DNA of 64,000 nt from an uncultured Aliarcobacter sp. GTDB lineage: Bacteria > Campylobacterota > Campylobacteria > Campylobacterales > Arcobacteraceae. The notes beneath the pieces are model-generated. The model worked only from the letters and a program-made list of their open reading frames with translations, searched no databases and was not told the DNA's origin. The stretch lies in assembly GCA_963677435.1 (NCBI GenBank), contig OY781945.1, positions 2,944,001-3,008,000 of the forward strand, written 5' to 3'. A program made the position numbers and the translations under genes. Below are positions 48,317 to 59,057 of this stretch, in pieces; within the stretch, counting starts at the first letter, position 1; the number at the start of each line of letters is the position of its first letter.

Positions 48317-49471
48317 ATGAGTACTGAAACAACTACAGCGTTTAAACCAAAAAAATCTGTTGCACTATCTGGTCAATCTGCAGGAAATACTGCTATTTGT
48401 ACGGTTGGTAAAAGTGGAAATGACTTACACTATAGAGGTTATGATATTTTAGAATTTGCTAGCACTGCAGAATTTGAAGAAATTGCATATCTAATTGTTC
48501 ATGAAAAACTACCTACTAAAGCTGAGTTAGCTGCTTATAAAACTAAATTACAAGGTTTAAGAGACATTCCAGCAGGTGTTAAAATTGCATTAGAGCAATT
48601 ACCAAAAACTACTCACCCAATGGATGTTATGAGAACAGGTTGTTCAGTTCTTGGAGCTATTATGTCTGAAGATGAGTCTCATCCAAAAGAAGGAGCTCAA
48701 GCTATCATTGATAAATTAATGGCATCATTTGGTTCTATGTTATGTTACTGGTACCACTTTGCATATAATGGAAAAAGAATTGATGTTGTAACGGATGATG
48801 ATTCAGTTGGTGGTCACTTCTTACACCTTTTACATGGTGAAAAACCAAGAGAATCTTGGGTTAAAGCTATGCATACATCTTTAATTTTATATGCAGAGCA
48901 TGAGTTTAATGCATCTACATTTACTTCAAGAGTAATTGCTGGAACTAATTCAGATATGTTCTCTTGTATCACTGGTGCAATCGGAGCATTAAGAGGTCCT
49001 AAACATGGTGGAGCTAATGAAGTAGCATTTTATATTCAAGAAAGATATTCATCAGCTGATGAAGCAGAAAAAGATATCTTAGAAAGAATGGCTAAAAAAG
49101 AGATTATTATTGGTTTTGGACACCCAGTTTATACTTCATGTGATCCAAGAAATGTAGTAATTAAAAAAGTTGCTGAAAGTTTATCAAAAGAGAACAACAA
49201 TACATTAATGTATGATGTTGCAGAAAGAATTGAAACAATCATGTGGGATAACAAAAAAATGTTCCCTAACTTAGATTGGTTCTCAGCAGTTTCTTATAAC
49301 CAAATGGGAATTCCAACAGATATGTTTACTCCAATTTTCATTATTGCTAGAGTTACTGGATGGGGAGCACATGCAATCGAGCAAAGAGAAGATGGAAAAA
49401 TCATTAGACCATCAGCTACTTATACAGGACCTGAAGGTTTAAAATTCGTTCCATTAGAAGATAGAAAATAA
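48317..49471 (+). CDS. prpC: 2-methylcitrate synthase
   Basis: [49 protein letters not shown]. Confidence 0.95.
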   Translation: MSTETTTAFKPKKSVALSGQSAGNTAICTVGKSGNDLHYRGYDILEFASTAEFEEIAYLIVHEKLPTKAELAAYKTKLQGLRDIPAGVKIALEQLPKTTHPMDVMRTGCSVLGAIMSEDESHPKEGAQAIIDKLMASFGSMLCYWYHFAYNGKRIDVVTDDDSVGGHFLHLLHGEKPRESWVKAMHTSLILYAEHEFNASTFTSRVIAGTNSDMFSCITGAIGALRGPKHGGANEVAFYIQERYSSADEAEKDILERMAKKEIIIGFGHPVYTSCDPRNVVIKKVAESLSKENNNTLMYDVAERIETIMWDNKKMFPNLDWFSAVSYNQMGIPTDMFTPIFIIARVTGWGAHAIEQREDGKIIRPSATYTGPEGLKFVPLEDRK

Positions 49472-49536
49472 TTATCTTTTTCTTTTAAAATCTAGGAAAG
49501 ACCTTACAAAATATACAGTGCTAATCTTAGCAAAAT

Positions 49537-49566
49537 AAAAGGATGGGAGAAATTCCATCCTTTTTT
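49537..49566 (+). terminator. Hairpin with U-tract between prpC and acnD
   Basis: AAAAGGATGG...CCATCCTTTTTT. Confidence 0.6.
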
Positions 49567-49592
49567 AAAATTAAATATATGGATATAAAAAA

Positions 49593-52190
49593 ATGACAAA
49601 TGAAAAATATCTAAAAGACCTTGCAGGTATTGATGGTGTTAAATATTATGATGTAAAATCAGCAGTAGAAGATATTACTCCTGGTTCTTTTGCAAAATTA
49701 AACTACACATCAAGAGTATTAGCAGAAAACTTAATTAGAAAATGTCCAAGTGAAGACTTAAAGGATTCACTAGTTCAATTAATTGAAAAAAGAACTGACA
49801 AAGATTTTCCTTGGTTTCCTTCAAGAGTTATCTGTCATGATATTCTTGGACTTACAGCGTTCGTTGACCTTGCAGGTTTAAGAGAAGCAGTTGCTTCTAA
49901 AGGTGGAAATCCTGATAAAGTAAATCCAGTTGTTCCAACTCAATTAATTGTTGACCACTCATTAGCTGTTGAGTGTGGTGGATTTGACCCTGATGCTTTC
50001 CAAAAAAATAGAGATATTGAAGATAGAAGAAATGCAGATAGATTCCACTTTATTAACTGGACTAAAGAAGCATTCAACAATGTAGATGTTATTCCTCCAG
50101 GTAACGGTATTATGCACCAAATCAACTTAGAAAAAATGTCTCCAGTAGTTCATTTAGATAATGGAATTGCATCTCCTGATACATTAGTTGGAACAGATTC
50201 ACATACTCCTCATGTTGATGCACTTGGCGTTATAGCTGTTGGTGTTGGTGGATTAGAAGCTGAAAATGTAATGTTAGGAAATCCTTCTTATATGAGAGTT
50301 CCTGAAATCATTGGTGTTAATATAGTAGGTGTTAGATCTGAAGGTATTACAGCAACTGATATTGCATTAGCGATGACTTCATTCTTAAGAGAAAACAATG
50401 TTATTTCTGCATACTTAGAATTCTATGGTTCTGGTATTAAATACTTAAACTTAGGTGATAGAGCAACAATTGCAAATATGACTCCTGAATATGGTGCAAG
50501 TGCTGGTATGTTTGCTATTGATGAACAAACTATTGCTTACTTAACAGTAACAGGTAGAGAGGCTAATCAAGTTAAACTTGTAGAAGCTTATGCAAAAGCT
50601 AATGGATTATGGGCTGACCAATTTGAAGATGCAACATATGCAAGAACTATTGAATTTGATTTATCAAAAGTAACTAGATCATTAGCTGGTCCTTCAAAAC
50701 CACATAAATTAGTACCAACTTCAACTTTAAGAGCTGAAGGTATTGTAAAAGAGTGGACTCAAGAAGGTGACTTTATCCCAGATGGTGGTATCTTAATTGC
50801 TGCAATTACTTCTTGTACAAATACTTCAAATCCAAGAAATGTTATTGCTGCTGGATTATTAGCTAAAAAAGCAAATGAGCTTGGATTAAAAAGAAAACCA
50901 TGGGTTAAATCTTCATTAGCACCAGGTTCAAAAGTAATTGAAGTTTATTTAAAAGAAGCAGGATTATTACCTGAAATGGAAAAATTAGGATTTGGTGTTG
51001 TTGGATTTGCATGTACTACTTGTAATGGTATGTCAGGTGCATTAGACCCAAAAATCCAAAAAGAAGTTGTTGATAGAGATATTTATACAACTGCTGTATT
51101 ATCTGGAAACAGAAACTTTGATGGAAGAATCCACCCTTATGTAAAAGAAGCATTTTTAGCATCTCCTGCACTTGTTATTGCTTATGCATTAGCTGGTACA
51201 ATCAGATTTGATATTGAAAATGATGTATTAGGAAAAGATAAAGATGGTAATGATATTAGATTAAAAGATTTATGGCCATCAGATGCAGAAATTAATGCTG
51301 TTGAAAAATCTTGCGTTAGACCTGAAATGTATAATAACATTTATGAGCCAATGTTCAAAAGAGAATTCTTAGATAGTGTTAAAATTGATCCATTCTATAA
51401 ATGGAATTCAAAATCTACATATATTAACAAACCTCCTTATTGGGAAGATGAATATATGCAAATGCCAGCACTAAAAGGTATGAGACCATTAGGTGTATTC
51501 CCTGATAATATTACAACGGATCACCTTTCACCTTCAAATGCAATTTTACCAAGCTCTGCTTCTGGTGAATATTGTTTAAAAATGGGATTACCTGTTGAAG
51601 ATTTAAACTCTTATGCAACACATAGAGGGGATCATCATACTGCTTCAAGAGCTACTTTAGCAAATCCAAAATTATTTAACGAAATGGTTAAAAAAGAAGA
51701 TGGAAGCGTTAAACAAGGTTCTTTAACAATGATTATGCCAGAAGGTAAAGAATCTAGAATGTGGGAAGCTATTGAAACTTACACAACTAGAAAACAACCT
51801 TTAATTATCGTTGCTGGTACTAACTATGGTCAAGGGTCTTCAAGAGACTGGGCTGCAAAAGGTGTTAGACTTGCAGGTGTTGAAGTGTTAATTGCTGAAT
51901 CAATCGAAAGAATTCACAGAACTAACTTAGTTGGAATGGGTGTTTTACCATTACAATTCAAAGAAGGTGAAACTAGACATACTTACACTATTGATGGTTC
52001 TGAAGTATTTGACATTGAGGGTGAAATTACTCCAAGATGTGATTTAACAGTTGTTATGACTAGAGCAAATGGTGAAGTTGTTAAATTCGATGTTTTATGT
52101 AGATTAGATACTTCAGCTGAAGTTGATGTTTACAAAAACGGTGGAATTTTACAAAAATTCGCTAAAGATGTTATTGCTTCTGGTAAGTAA
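49593..52190 (+). CDS. acnD: Fe/S-dependent 2-methylcitrate dehydratase
   Basis: RVICHDILG, QLIVDHSLAVE, GTDSHT, AAITSCTNTSNP, CTTCNGMSG; between prpC and prpF. Confidence 0.93.
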   Translation: MTNEKYLKDLAGIDGVKYYDVKSAVEDITPGSFAKLNYTSRVLAENLIRKCPSEDLKDSLVQLIEKRTDKDFPWFPSRVICHDILGLTAFVDLAGLREAVASKGGNPDKVNPVVPTQLIVDHSLAVECGGFDPDAFQKNRDIEDRRNADRFHFINWTKEAFNNVDVIPPGNGIMHQINLEKMSPVVHLDNGIASPDTLVGTDSHTPHVDALGVIAVGVGGLEAENVMLGNPSYMRVPEIIGVNIVGVRSEGITATDIALAMTSFLRENNVISAYLEFYGSGIKYLNLGDRATIANMTPEYGASAGMFAIDEQTIAYLTVTGREANQVKLVEAYAKANGLWADQFEDATYARTIEFDLSKVTRSLAGPSKPHKLVPTSTLRAEGIVKEWTQEGDFIPDGGILIAAITSCTNTSNPRNVIAAGLLAKKANELGLKRKPWVKSSLAPGSKVIEVYLKEAGLLPEMEKLGFGVVGFACTTCNGMSGALDPKIQKEVVDRDIYTTAVLSGNRNFDGRIHPYVKEAFLASPALVIAYALAGTIRFDIENDVLGKDKDGNDIRLKDLWPSDAEINAVEKSCVRPEMYNNIYEPMFKREFLDSVKIDPFYKWNSKSTYINKPPYWEDEYMQMPALKGMRPLGVFPDNITTDHLSPSNAILPSSASGEYCLKMGLPVEDLNSYATHRGDHHTASRATLANPKLFNEMVKKEDGSVKQGSLTMIMPEGKESRMWEAIETYTTRKQPLIIVAGTNYGQGSSRDWAAKGVRLAGVEVLIAESIERIHRTNLVGMGVLPLQFKEGETRHTYTIDGSEVFDIEGEITPRCDLTVVMTRANGEVVKFDVLCRLDTSAEVDVYKNGGILQKFAKDVIASGK

Positions 52191-52196
52191 AACATC

Positions 52197-52265
52197 ATAA
52201 TTTTAGGGCTTTGCCCTAAAATTATTTGTAAAACTATTAGTAAAATATTTTTACAAATAATTTTA
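52197..52265 (+). repeat. Two overlapping inverted repeats between acnD and prpF
   Basis: 13-bp stem 52197-52225 and 17-bp stem 52217-52233/52249-52265. Confidence 0.75.
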
Positions 52266-52284
52266 TACTAAAACAGGAGAAAAA

Positions 52285-53460
52285 ATGAGTTATCAACCAC
52301 AATTTAAAGTTAAAGCTACATATATGAGAGGTGGAACTTCTAAAGGGACATTTTTTAATATAGCTGATTTACCTATAGAAGCTCAAGAAGATCCAAAAAA
52401 AAGAGATAGATTACTTCAAAGAATCGTGGGAAGTCCTGATATCTATAAACAACAAATGGATGGTATGGGAGGAGCAACTTCAAGTACTTCTAAAGCTATT
52501 TTAGTAGGTCGTAGTTCAGTTCCTAATCATGATGTAGATTACTATTTCTGTCAAGTTGCAATTGATCAAGATTTTGTAGATATGAGTGGAAACTGTGGAA
52601 ATTTATCAAGTGCCGTTGGACCTTTTGCAATAAAAGAAGGATTAGTTGATAATGTACCCCAAAATGGTGTTTGTTGTGTAAGAATTTGGCAAGCAAATAT
52701 TAAAAAAACTATTCTTTGTTATGTAACAATGGAAAATGGACTAGTTAAAGAGATGGGTGATTATTATATCGATGGTGTTGCATTTCCTGCGGAAGAGATA
52801 GTTTTAGAGTTTGCTGAACCTGTAGATCCTAGTGAAGAACTATTCCCAACAGGAAACTTAGTAGATGATTTAGAAGTTCCAGGAATTGGTACATTTAAAG
52901 CTACTATGATAACTGCTGGAATTCCTACTTGTTTTGTAAATGCTGCTGATATTGGATATAAAGGAACTGAACTTCAAGGTGATATTAACTCAGATGTTGA
53001 AGCATTAGCTAGATTTGAAACAATTAGATCTTATGCAGCATTAAAAATGGGATTAATTTCTGATTTAAAAGAAGCCCAAACAAGACAACATACTCCAAAA
53101 ATTGCGTTTGTTGCACCAGCAAGTGATTTCACTACTTCAAGTGGAAAAGAGATTAAAGCAAATGAAATTGATTTACATGTAAGAGCATTATCTATGCAAA
53201 AATTACACCACGCAATGATGGGAACAGCTTCAGTAGCTATTGGAGTTGCTGCTTGTATTCCTGGAACTTTAGTTAATATTGCTGCTGGTGGTGGTGAAAA
53301 ATCTGCTGTAGAATTTGGACATCCATCAGGAACTTTAAAAGTTGGTGCTGTAATTCAAAATAATGATGGTAAATTTGTAGTTGATAAAGCAACTATGAGT
53401 AGAAGTGCTAGAATTATTATGGAAGGTTATGTTTTTGTACCTGCTGGTACAATGAAATAA
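52285..53460 (+). CDS. prpF: 2-methylaconitate cis-trans isomerase
   Basis: YMRGGTSKG, DGMGGATSSTSK, GNCGNLS, HHAMMGT, GHPSG, RSARIIMEG. Confidence 0.95.
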   Translation: MSYQPQFKVKATYMRGGTSKGTFFNIADLPIEAQEDPKKRDRLLQRIVGSPDIYKQQMDGMGGATSSTSKAILVGRSSVPNHDVDYYFCQVAIDQDFVDMSGNCGNLSSAVGPFAIKEGLVDNVPQNGVCCVRIWQANIKKTILCYVTMENGLVKEMGDYYIDGVAFPAEEIVLEFAEPVDPSEELFPTGNLVDDLEVPGIGTFKATMITAGIPTCFVNAADIGYKGTELQGDINSDVEALARFETIRSYAALKMGLISDLKEAQTRQHTPKIAFVAPASDFTTSSGKEIKANEIDLHVRALSMQKLHHAMMGTASVAIGVAACIPGTLVNIAAGGGEKSAVEFGHPSGTLKVGAVIQNNDGKFVVDKATMSRSARIIMEGYVFVPAGTMK

Positions 53461-53482
53461 TTAATTACTCTTTATTATTAAG

Positions 53483-53513
53483 AAGGTCTAAACTAAAACT
53501 TAGGCCTTTTTTT
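53483..53513 (+). terminator. Terminator after prpF
   Basis: AAGGTCTAA...TTAGGCCTT plus T-run. Confidence 0.65.
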
Positions 53514-53574
53514 ATCCTTTAATTATTTATATTATGTTATTATCATGTTAATTAAATCTAGGAGATAAGTAATA

Positions 53575-54576
53575 GTGGATAATTCATTTAAATTTAATCC
53601 ATATGAAGCCCTAAAATCAATACTTGAAATAACTTCTTACTATACAGGTGATGAATTTATAGAACATACTGCAATTGAAATAAAAAAACTATTCCAAGCA
53701 GATTTAGTTTATATCACTAAAGCTTTAGATTTTAATCCAACTACAAAAGTAAGAGTTTTATACTCAACAAATAATAAACTTCCTGAAATTATAGATTTAG
53801 ATGGAATTCCTGGAAAATTTGTTTTTGACAATAAAATAATAAAAATAAAAGAACATGTAAAATATAACTTTTTAGAATTACTTGATGAAAAATTTGAAAG
53901 TTTTTATGGAATACCTATTACTGATAATAACAATTGCATTGGACATATAGCAATATATTCAAAGTTAGCTAGGGAATTACCAGAAGAATTAAATGATATA
54001 GCATTAATTTACTCAAGAAAAATCCAAAGAGAAACAAGAAGAATAGAGTTAGAAAAAGAAAATCAACTAATTAGAAACCAACTGCAAGAATTAACAATAA
54101 CAGATACCTTAACTTCTTTATATAATAGAAGATATTTTGCAAAGGTTTGTGCTGATGTTTATGCCCAAGTAAATAGAGATTCTACGAAAGCTACTTTAGC
54201 TTATATTGACATAGATAATTTCAAAAATATAAATGACAAATTTGGCCATGAAGGTGGAGATTTTGTATTAAAATATTTTGCTGAAATATTATTAGAACAT
54301 TCAAGAAAAGGTTTAGATTATGTATTCAGACTTGGTGGTGAAGAGTTTTGTATAATTAGTGTTGATAATACACTTGAAAGTGCAAATGAACATATGAATA
54401 GAGTTATGAATATTACTTCAAATAAATTTTCATCAACAAGATTTGGAGAAATCACTCTTAGTATTGGGATTGTTGAGTTTAATAAAGGATTTTCTTCTTA
54501 TGAAGAAATCTTGAGTTTAGCTGACAAAAAAATGTACAAAGCTAAAAATAGCGGTAAAAATTCAATAGTAAAATAA
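53575..54576 (+). CDS. Diguanylate cyclase (GAF-like sensor plus GGDEF)
   Basis: TDTLTSLYNRR, DIDNFKNINDKFGHEGGD, RLGGEEF; GTG start with AGGAG. Confidence 0.9.
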   Translation: MDNSFKFNPYEALKSILEITSYYTGDEFIEHTAIEIKKLFQADLVYITKALDFNPTTKVRVLYSTNNKLPEIIDLDGIPGKFVFDNKIIKIKEHVKYNFLELLDEKFESFYGIPITDNNNCIGHIAIYSKLARELPEELNDIALIYSRKIQRETRRIELEKENQLIRNQLQELTITDTLTSLYNRRYFAKVCADVYAQVNRDSTKATLAYIDIDNFKNINDKFGHEGGDFVLKYFAEILLEHSRKGLDYVFRLGGEEFCIISVDNTLESANEHMNRVMNITSNKFSSTRFGEITLSIGIVEFNKGFSSYEEILSLADKKMYKAKNSGKNSIVK

Positions 54577-54601
54577 GAAAAATCTCTTATTTTACTATTG
54601 A
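54562..54601. terminator. 17-bp perfect inverted repeat containing the stop codons of two convergent genes
   Basis: TCAATAGTAAAATAAGA-aaaatc-TCTTATTTTACTATTGA. Confidence 0.7.
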
Positions 54602-55129
54602 TGAAATCTCTTTAAATACTGGATTTTTTGCAGTTAAAGTTAACTCAAAAAGTAAAGATTCATAAGTAGTTGGAATTACACCTGCTTGAACTAATCTAGT
54701 AATTGCCATATCAGTATCTTTTTGTTTTCTTGATGTACAACAATCAGTAACTAAAACAACTTCAAATCCTGCTTCAAGTAAATCAATACAAGTTTGTAAT
54801 ACACAAACATGAGTTTCAATTCCAGCAACAATAACAACTTTTTTATTTGCAGCATTAATTGCATCCATTGTTGGCTCATTTTGACAACAAGAAAATGTAA
54901 CTTTTTCAAAATGTGGATAATCTTGAACTAACTCATTTAAAGAAGGAATAGTTTCTCCAATTCCTTTTTTATATTGTTCATTTACAATAAAAGGAACACT
55001 AAGAACTTTTAATCCTTTTACTAAAGTAACTAGATTTTTTTCTATTTCATCTTTATTTGTAACATGTGGATATAATTTATCTTGAACATCAACTAAACAA
55101 AAAAGCGCATCGTCTACATTTATTCTCAT
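54587..55129 (-). CDS. Isochorismatase-family cysteine hydrolase
   Basis: LVDVQDKL, EQYKKGIGET, EKVTFSC, GIETHVCVLQT. Confidence 0.9.
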   Translation of the reverse strand: MRINVDDALFCLVDVQDKLYPHVTNKDEIEKNLVTLVKGLKVLSVPFIVNEQYKKGIGETIPSLNELVQDYPHFEKVTFSCCQNEPTMDAINAANKKVVIVAGIETHVCVLQTCIDLLEAGFEVVLVTDCCTSRKQKDTDMAITRLVQAGVIPTTYESLLFELTLTAKNPVFKEISSIVK

Positions 55130-55149
55130 CTTATTTCCTTTATTTGAAT

Positions 55150-56088
55150 TTATTTAAAAGCTAATTTCTCAGCTCGATCTAGTAACTCTTTAGCACCTTG
55201 ATCTATAAAATTTTGAGCTAAAATTCGTCCAACTTTTTCATAATCATTTATATCAGCTGTAATATCTTCACTAATATATTCACTTCCATCAGGAAGTCCA
55301 ACAATCGCTTGAACTCTTATAGAGTTTTCATCCATTATAGTTGCTTTTACACCAATTGGAACTTGACAACCACCTTGAAGTGTATCAACAAAACTTCTCT
55401 CAATTGTTGATTCTATATGAGCATTTGTATCATTTAATACTTTTACTATTTCTAATACTTCTGGGTCATTTGTAGTTTCAATTCCAAGAGTTGCTTGTCC
55501 CATTGATGGAATCATCACATCTGTTTCAATTGGAGTAAAAAACTTAACTTCATTTTCTATTTTTAATTTTTGAATACCAGTTGCTGCAAGTATAATTGCA
55601 TCATATTCACCTGCATTTAATTTTGCAATTCTAGTATTAATATTACCTCTTAAATCTTTTAAAACAATATCAGGTCGTAACATTTTAATAGCCATTCTTC
55701 GTCTTAAACTTGTTGTTCCTACAATTGCACCTTGCGGTAATTCTTCTAAAGAAGCATATTTATTACTTAAAATAGCATCTCTTGGGTCAAATCTTTTTGT
55801 AACAGCAGCAAGTTGTAAGCCATCTTCAAATTGTGTTGGAACATCTTTTAAAGAGTGAACTGCTAAATGAGCAGTTCCTTCAAGCATTGCTACTTCAAGC
55901 TCTTTTGTAAAAAGTCCTTTTCCTCCAATTTTTGCTAGTGGAACATCTAGAATTTTATCTCCTTTTGTTACAAACTCTTGAAGTTCAATTTGCATATTTG
56001 GATAATGTTCTTGAAGTAATGATTTTACATATTCACTTTGCCAAAGAGCTAGTTTACTTCTTCTTGTCGCTATTACTAATTTTTCCAT
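55150..56088 (-). CDS. hemC: Hydroxymethylbilane synthase (porphobilinogen deaminase)
   Basis: ATRRSKLALWQ, GGKGLFTKELE, VHSLKDVP, LRGNINTR, GGCQVP. Confidence 0.97.
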   Translation of the reverse strand: MEKLVIATRRSKLALWQSEYVKSLLQEHYPNMQIELQEFVTKGDKILDVPLAKIGGKGLFTKELEVAMLEGTAHLAVHSLKDVPTQFEDGLQLAAVTKRFDPRDAILSNKYASLEELPQGAIVGTTSLRRRMAIKMLRPDIVLKDLRGNINTRIAKLNAGEYDAIILAATGIQKLKIENEVKFFTPIETDVMIPSMGQATLGIETTNDPEVLEIVKVLNDTNAHIESTIERSFVDTLQGGCQVPIGVKATIMDENSIRVQAIVGLPDGSEYISEDITADINDYEKVGRILAQNFIDQGAKELLDRAEKLAFK

Positions 56089-56106
56089 GTTACCTTCTTA
56101 ATAAAT

Positions 56107-56943
56107 TTATTTTTTTCCTAATGTTTCATATTTAAGTTTTGAAGAATCTTTTTCTCCATTTACAAATATAGTTGGTGTTCCTGAAACCATAACTTCTTCA
56201 CCCATTGCAAGGTCTTTTCCCAGAATATCAGTTATTTTTTTTGCAGAAATTTCTTCTAATTTAATACTAGTTTTAAACTCTTTATTAAAGGCATCTAATA
56301 TCACTTTTTCATCTGTTGATTTAACAGTAAAATATGGTTCCCAGTCTTTTTCATAAACTTTTAACTCAACATCTTTTATCCCTTTTTCTTTTGCAACTTC
56401 AATAATTTTTGACATAGGTCCTGCTGCTGGATGAAGTCCTGTTAATGGGAAGTGATAATAATATAAAGCAATGCTATCACTATTTTTATTTACATATTTA
56501 ATTACTTCTGGTACAAAATCTTTACAAAATGGACATAAAGGATCAGAGAAAATTACTAATTTATTTTTTGCATTAGGATTTCCTGCAATTATTTTTGATT
56601 TATCATAATATTTATCTGTTAAATTTGGTGTTACTAAATCTTTTAAAGATTTTCCAGATTCAGCATCGATTAACTCTAAAGAGATATATTTTCCATCTGA
56701 GAAAAGTATATCTTTTGCATTTATATCTTTTCCTTGAACATTAGCTTCAACATCTAAAATATAACCAGACCAACCTTTTAAAGGTAACTCTTTTTTTGAA
56801 TTTATTTTTACACTTTTAATTTTTACGTTTGGATTTTGAGCTATTCTTTTTTGCTCAAAACTAATAATATCTTCATCACTTGAAGCATATAAGGCACTTG
56901 TCAATAAAACACTAATTGACAATATTGTCGAGAATTTATTCAT
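56107..56943 (-). CDS. Periplasmic thiol-disulfide oxidoreductase (DsbA/DsbC/DsbG-like)
   Basis: Signal peptide; FSDPLCPFC; GTPTIFVNG. Confidence 0.85.
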   Translation of the reverse strand: MNKFSTILSISVLLTSALYASSDEDIISFEQKRIAQNPNVKIKSVKINSKKELPLKGWSGYILDVEANVQGKDINAKDILFSDGKYISLELIDAESGKSLKDLVTPNLTDKYYDKSKIIAGNPNAKNKLVIFSDPLCPFCKDFVPEVIKYVNKNSDSIALYYYHFPLTGLHPAAGPMSKIIEVAKEKGIKDVELKVYEKDWEPYFTVKSTDEKVILDAFNKEFKTSIKLEEISAKKITDILGKDLAMGEEVMVSGTPTIFVNGEKDSSKLKYETLGKK

Positions 56944-57008
56944 TTATTTTTTCCTTATTTAAAACTAACTTGTAGTCTATCTATTTTACATTAATAAAAA
57001 GTTAATAT

Positions 57009-59057
57009 TTAACTTCTTGCTTTTACGGTAATTTTTTTTATATCAAAAAGCTCTTTTGCTTTATCAAGCATCTTAGAATTTAAAATATCATTTAACTGTA
57101 ACTCTTGTTGTGAGGGTTTAGTTATTTCACCTTTGTGCATGTCTGCCACACAACCTGAACCCATTTCAATCTCTTCAAGCATTGAACCTGTATCATCATT
57201 TGGTTCAGGGATTAATTCTTGATTTTTTAAACTAATTTCATCAGGAATATTTTCAGATTTTGCTTCTTGTTTCTCTTCTGGATTTTTATTTTCTAGTACG
57301 GAGGGTTCTTCCTTTTTAAAATCTAGCTCAACATCATTTCCAAAAATATCTTGGGCAAAAGTTTTTATTATTCCAAAATGTTTATATAAAAACTTTCTAT
57401 CTTCATCTTGAGCGTAAGAAGTGATGTATAGTTTTTTATCTTCAAATCCATTAAAGATAAAATTCTTTTCAAAACATTCACCTAAATCAGGGTCTCTATC
57501 ATATACTTTTGCAGTTAATTTTTCATATAATTCATTTTGAATGTCATCTTCCTTTTCAAAAACTTCTTCAATAGGAACTATTTCTATCTCTTCAAAAACA
57601 TTTGCTTGAACTTGTTGTTCGATTTTATGTTCAACAATTTCTATATCTTTTGGCTTTTCTATTATTTGCTCTTTTTGAACAATTGGAGTTGTAGGTAATT
57701 CATCAAAAGGTGTTGAATAATCAACAACTTCAATAGCATCAATCATTCCTAAATCCATAATATTATCACTTTGGATTAATACCTCATCAAAAGGTGTTAA
57801 TTCTTCTATTTTTGTTTCAGGCTCAACAGAAGCTAGTTTTATCTCTTCTTCTTTTGTTATAACGCTTTCAATAATTTTTTCTTCAACTTTTTCAACAGGA
57901 CTTTCTTGAATCTTTTCAAAAGGAATTTCTTGAACTTTCTCTATAACTTTTTCAACTATTTTTGGTGCAGGTGTTTCTTTCCTAACTTCTATTTTTTCAA
58001 CTTGGTTTATAATATCATCTATAGTTTTTAAATTTGTAGCTTCAATCATTTTCATAAAAGTTAAAATTAAAACAAAACCTCCATCACTATTTATTGCTAA
58101 TAGATGTTTTGCATCACTTAAAATTCTAAAAAATCTATCAAATAAAAGTAAATCAAATTTAGTATCTTTACTAAGCATTTTATCTTTTAAATAAATAGCC
58201 ATTTCATCACAAATTTGAGAAACTTCATAAACTTCTAAATCTTTGATTAATTGATTTATGTCACCTTTATTCAAAATAATTGAAAAAATATTATCCATAA
58301 GTTTTGGATCAATTAAACCCAACATATCAACAACACTTGTTGTATTTACTTTTCCTTTTGAAAAAATAATTGATTGGTCAAGTAAAGTTAAAGTATCTCT
58401 TAAACTTCCTTGTCCAGTTCTTGCAAGAATTTCTAAAGCATCTTTTTCATAATTAATATTTTCTTCATTTAATATGTGTGACAAGTGATGAACTACATCA
58501 GCCGTTGCAATTTTGTTAAATCTAAAGTGTTGAGTTCTACTTAAAATCGTAGCAGGTAATTTTAAAGGATCTGTAGTTGCTAAAATAAACTTAACAAAAC
58601 CTGGTGGTTCTTCAAGTGTTTTTAAAAGTGCATTAAATGCTTGTGTAGTAAGCATATGAACTTCATCGATTATAAATACTTTAAATCTTCCAGAACTTGG
58701 TTTATATTTTGTGTGTTCAATTAAATCTTTTATATCATCAATTCCACGATTAGATGCAGCATCCATTTCTATAATATCAAGGTGTCGATTTGAATTTGCA
58801 CTTTTACAATTATCACAAACTTCACAAGGTTTTGAAGTAGGTCCTTGTGAACATAATAGTGCTTTTGCCATAATCCTAGCTGTTGAAGTTTTTCCACTTC
58901 CTCGAAGCCCTGAGAATAAATAAGCATGGGACAATCTATCTGAATCCAAAGCTAAAGAGAGAGTTTGAGAAACTGTACTTTGCCCAACTAAATCTTCAAA
59001 TCTATGAGGTCTATATTTTAAGGCTAAAACTCTTTTTTCTAAAATTTCTTGACTCAT
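57009..59057 (-). CDS. dnaX: DNA polymerase III subunit gamma/tau
   Basis: LALKYRP, GLRGSGKTS, EMDAASNRGIDD, IIDEVHML, LKTLEEPP; ATG 59057 overlaps the murI stop. Confidence 0.95.
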   Translation of the reverse strand: MSQEILEKRVLALKYRPHRFEDLVGQSTVSQTLSLALDSDRLSHAYLFSGLRGSGKTSTARIMAKALLCSQGPTSKPCEVCDNCKSANSNRHLDIIEMDAASNRGIDDIKDLIEHTKYKPSSGRFKVFIIDEVHMLTTQAFNALLKTLEEPPGFVKFILATTDPLKLPATILSRTQHFRFNKIATADVVHHLSHILNEENINYEKDALEILARTGQGSLRDTLTLLDQSIIFSKGKVNTTSVVDMLGLIDPKLMDNIFSIILNKGDINQLIKDLEVYEVSQICDEMAIYLKDKMLSKDTKFDLLLFDRFFRILSDAKHLLAINSDGGFVLILTFMKMIEATNLKTIDDIINQVEKIEVRKETPAPKIVEKVIEKVQEIPFEKIQESPVEKVEEKIIESVITKEEEIKLASVEPETKIEELTPFDEVLIQSDNIMDLGMIDAIEVVDYSTPFDELPTTPIVQKEQIIEKPKDIEIVEHKIEQQVQANVFEEIEIVPIEEVFEKEDDIQNELYEKLTAKVYDRDPDLGECFEKNFIFNGFEDKKLYITSYAQDEDRKFLYKHFGIIKTFAQDIFGNDVELDFKKEEPSVLENKNPEEKQEAKSENIPDEISLKNQELIPEPNDDTGSMLEEIEMGSGCVADMHKGEITKPSQQELQLNDILNSKMLDKAKELFDIKKITVKARS

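Noticed and set aside
48317..49471. Second citrate synthase as a gltA duplication
   Set aside because: Its motifs ([21 protein letters not shown]) and prp context identify it as PrpC.
57009..59057. Programmed frameshift producing a gamma subunit in dnaX
   Set aside because: I found no A-AAA-AAG slippery site with a downstream stem and no long A/T slippage tract at the expected place.
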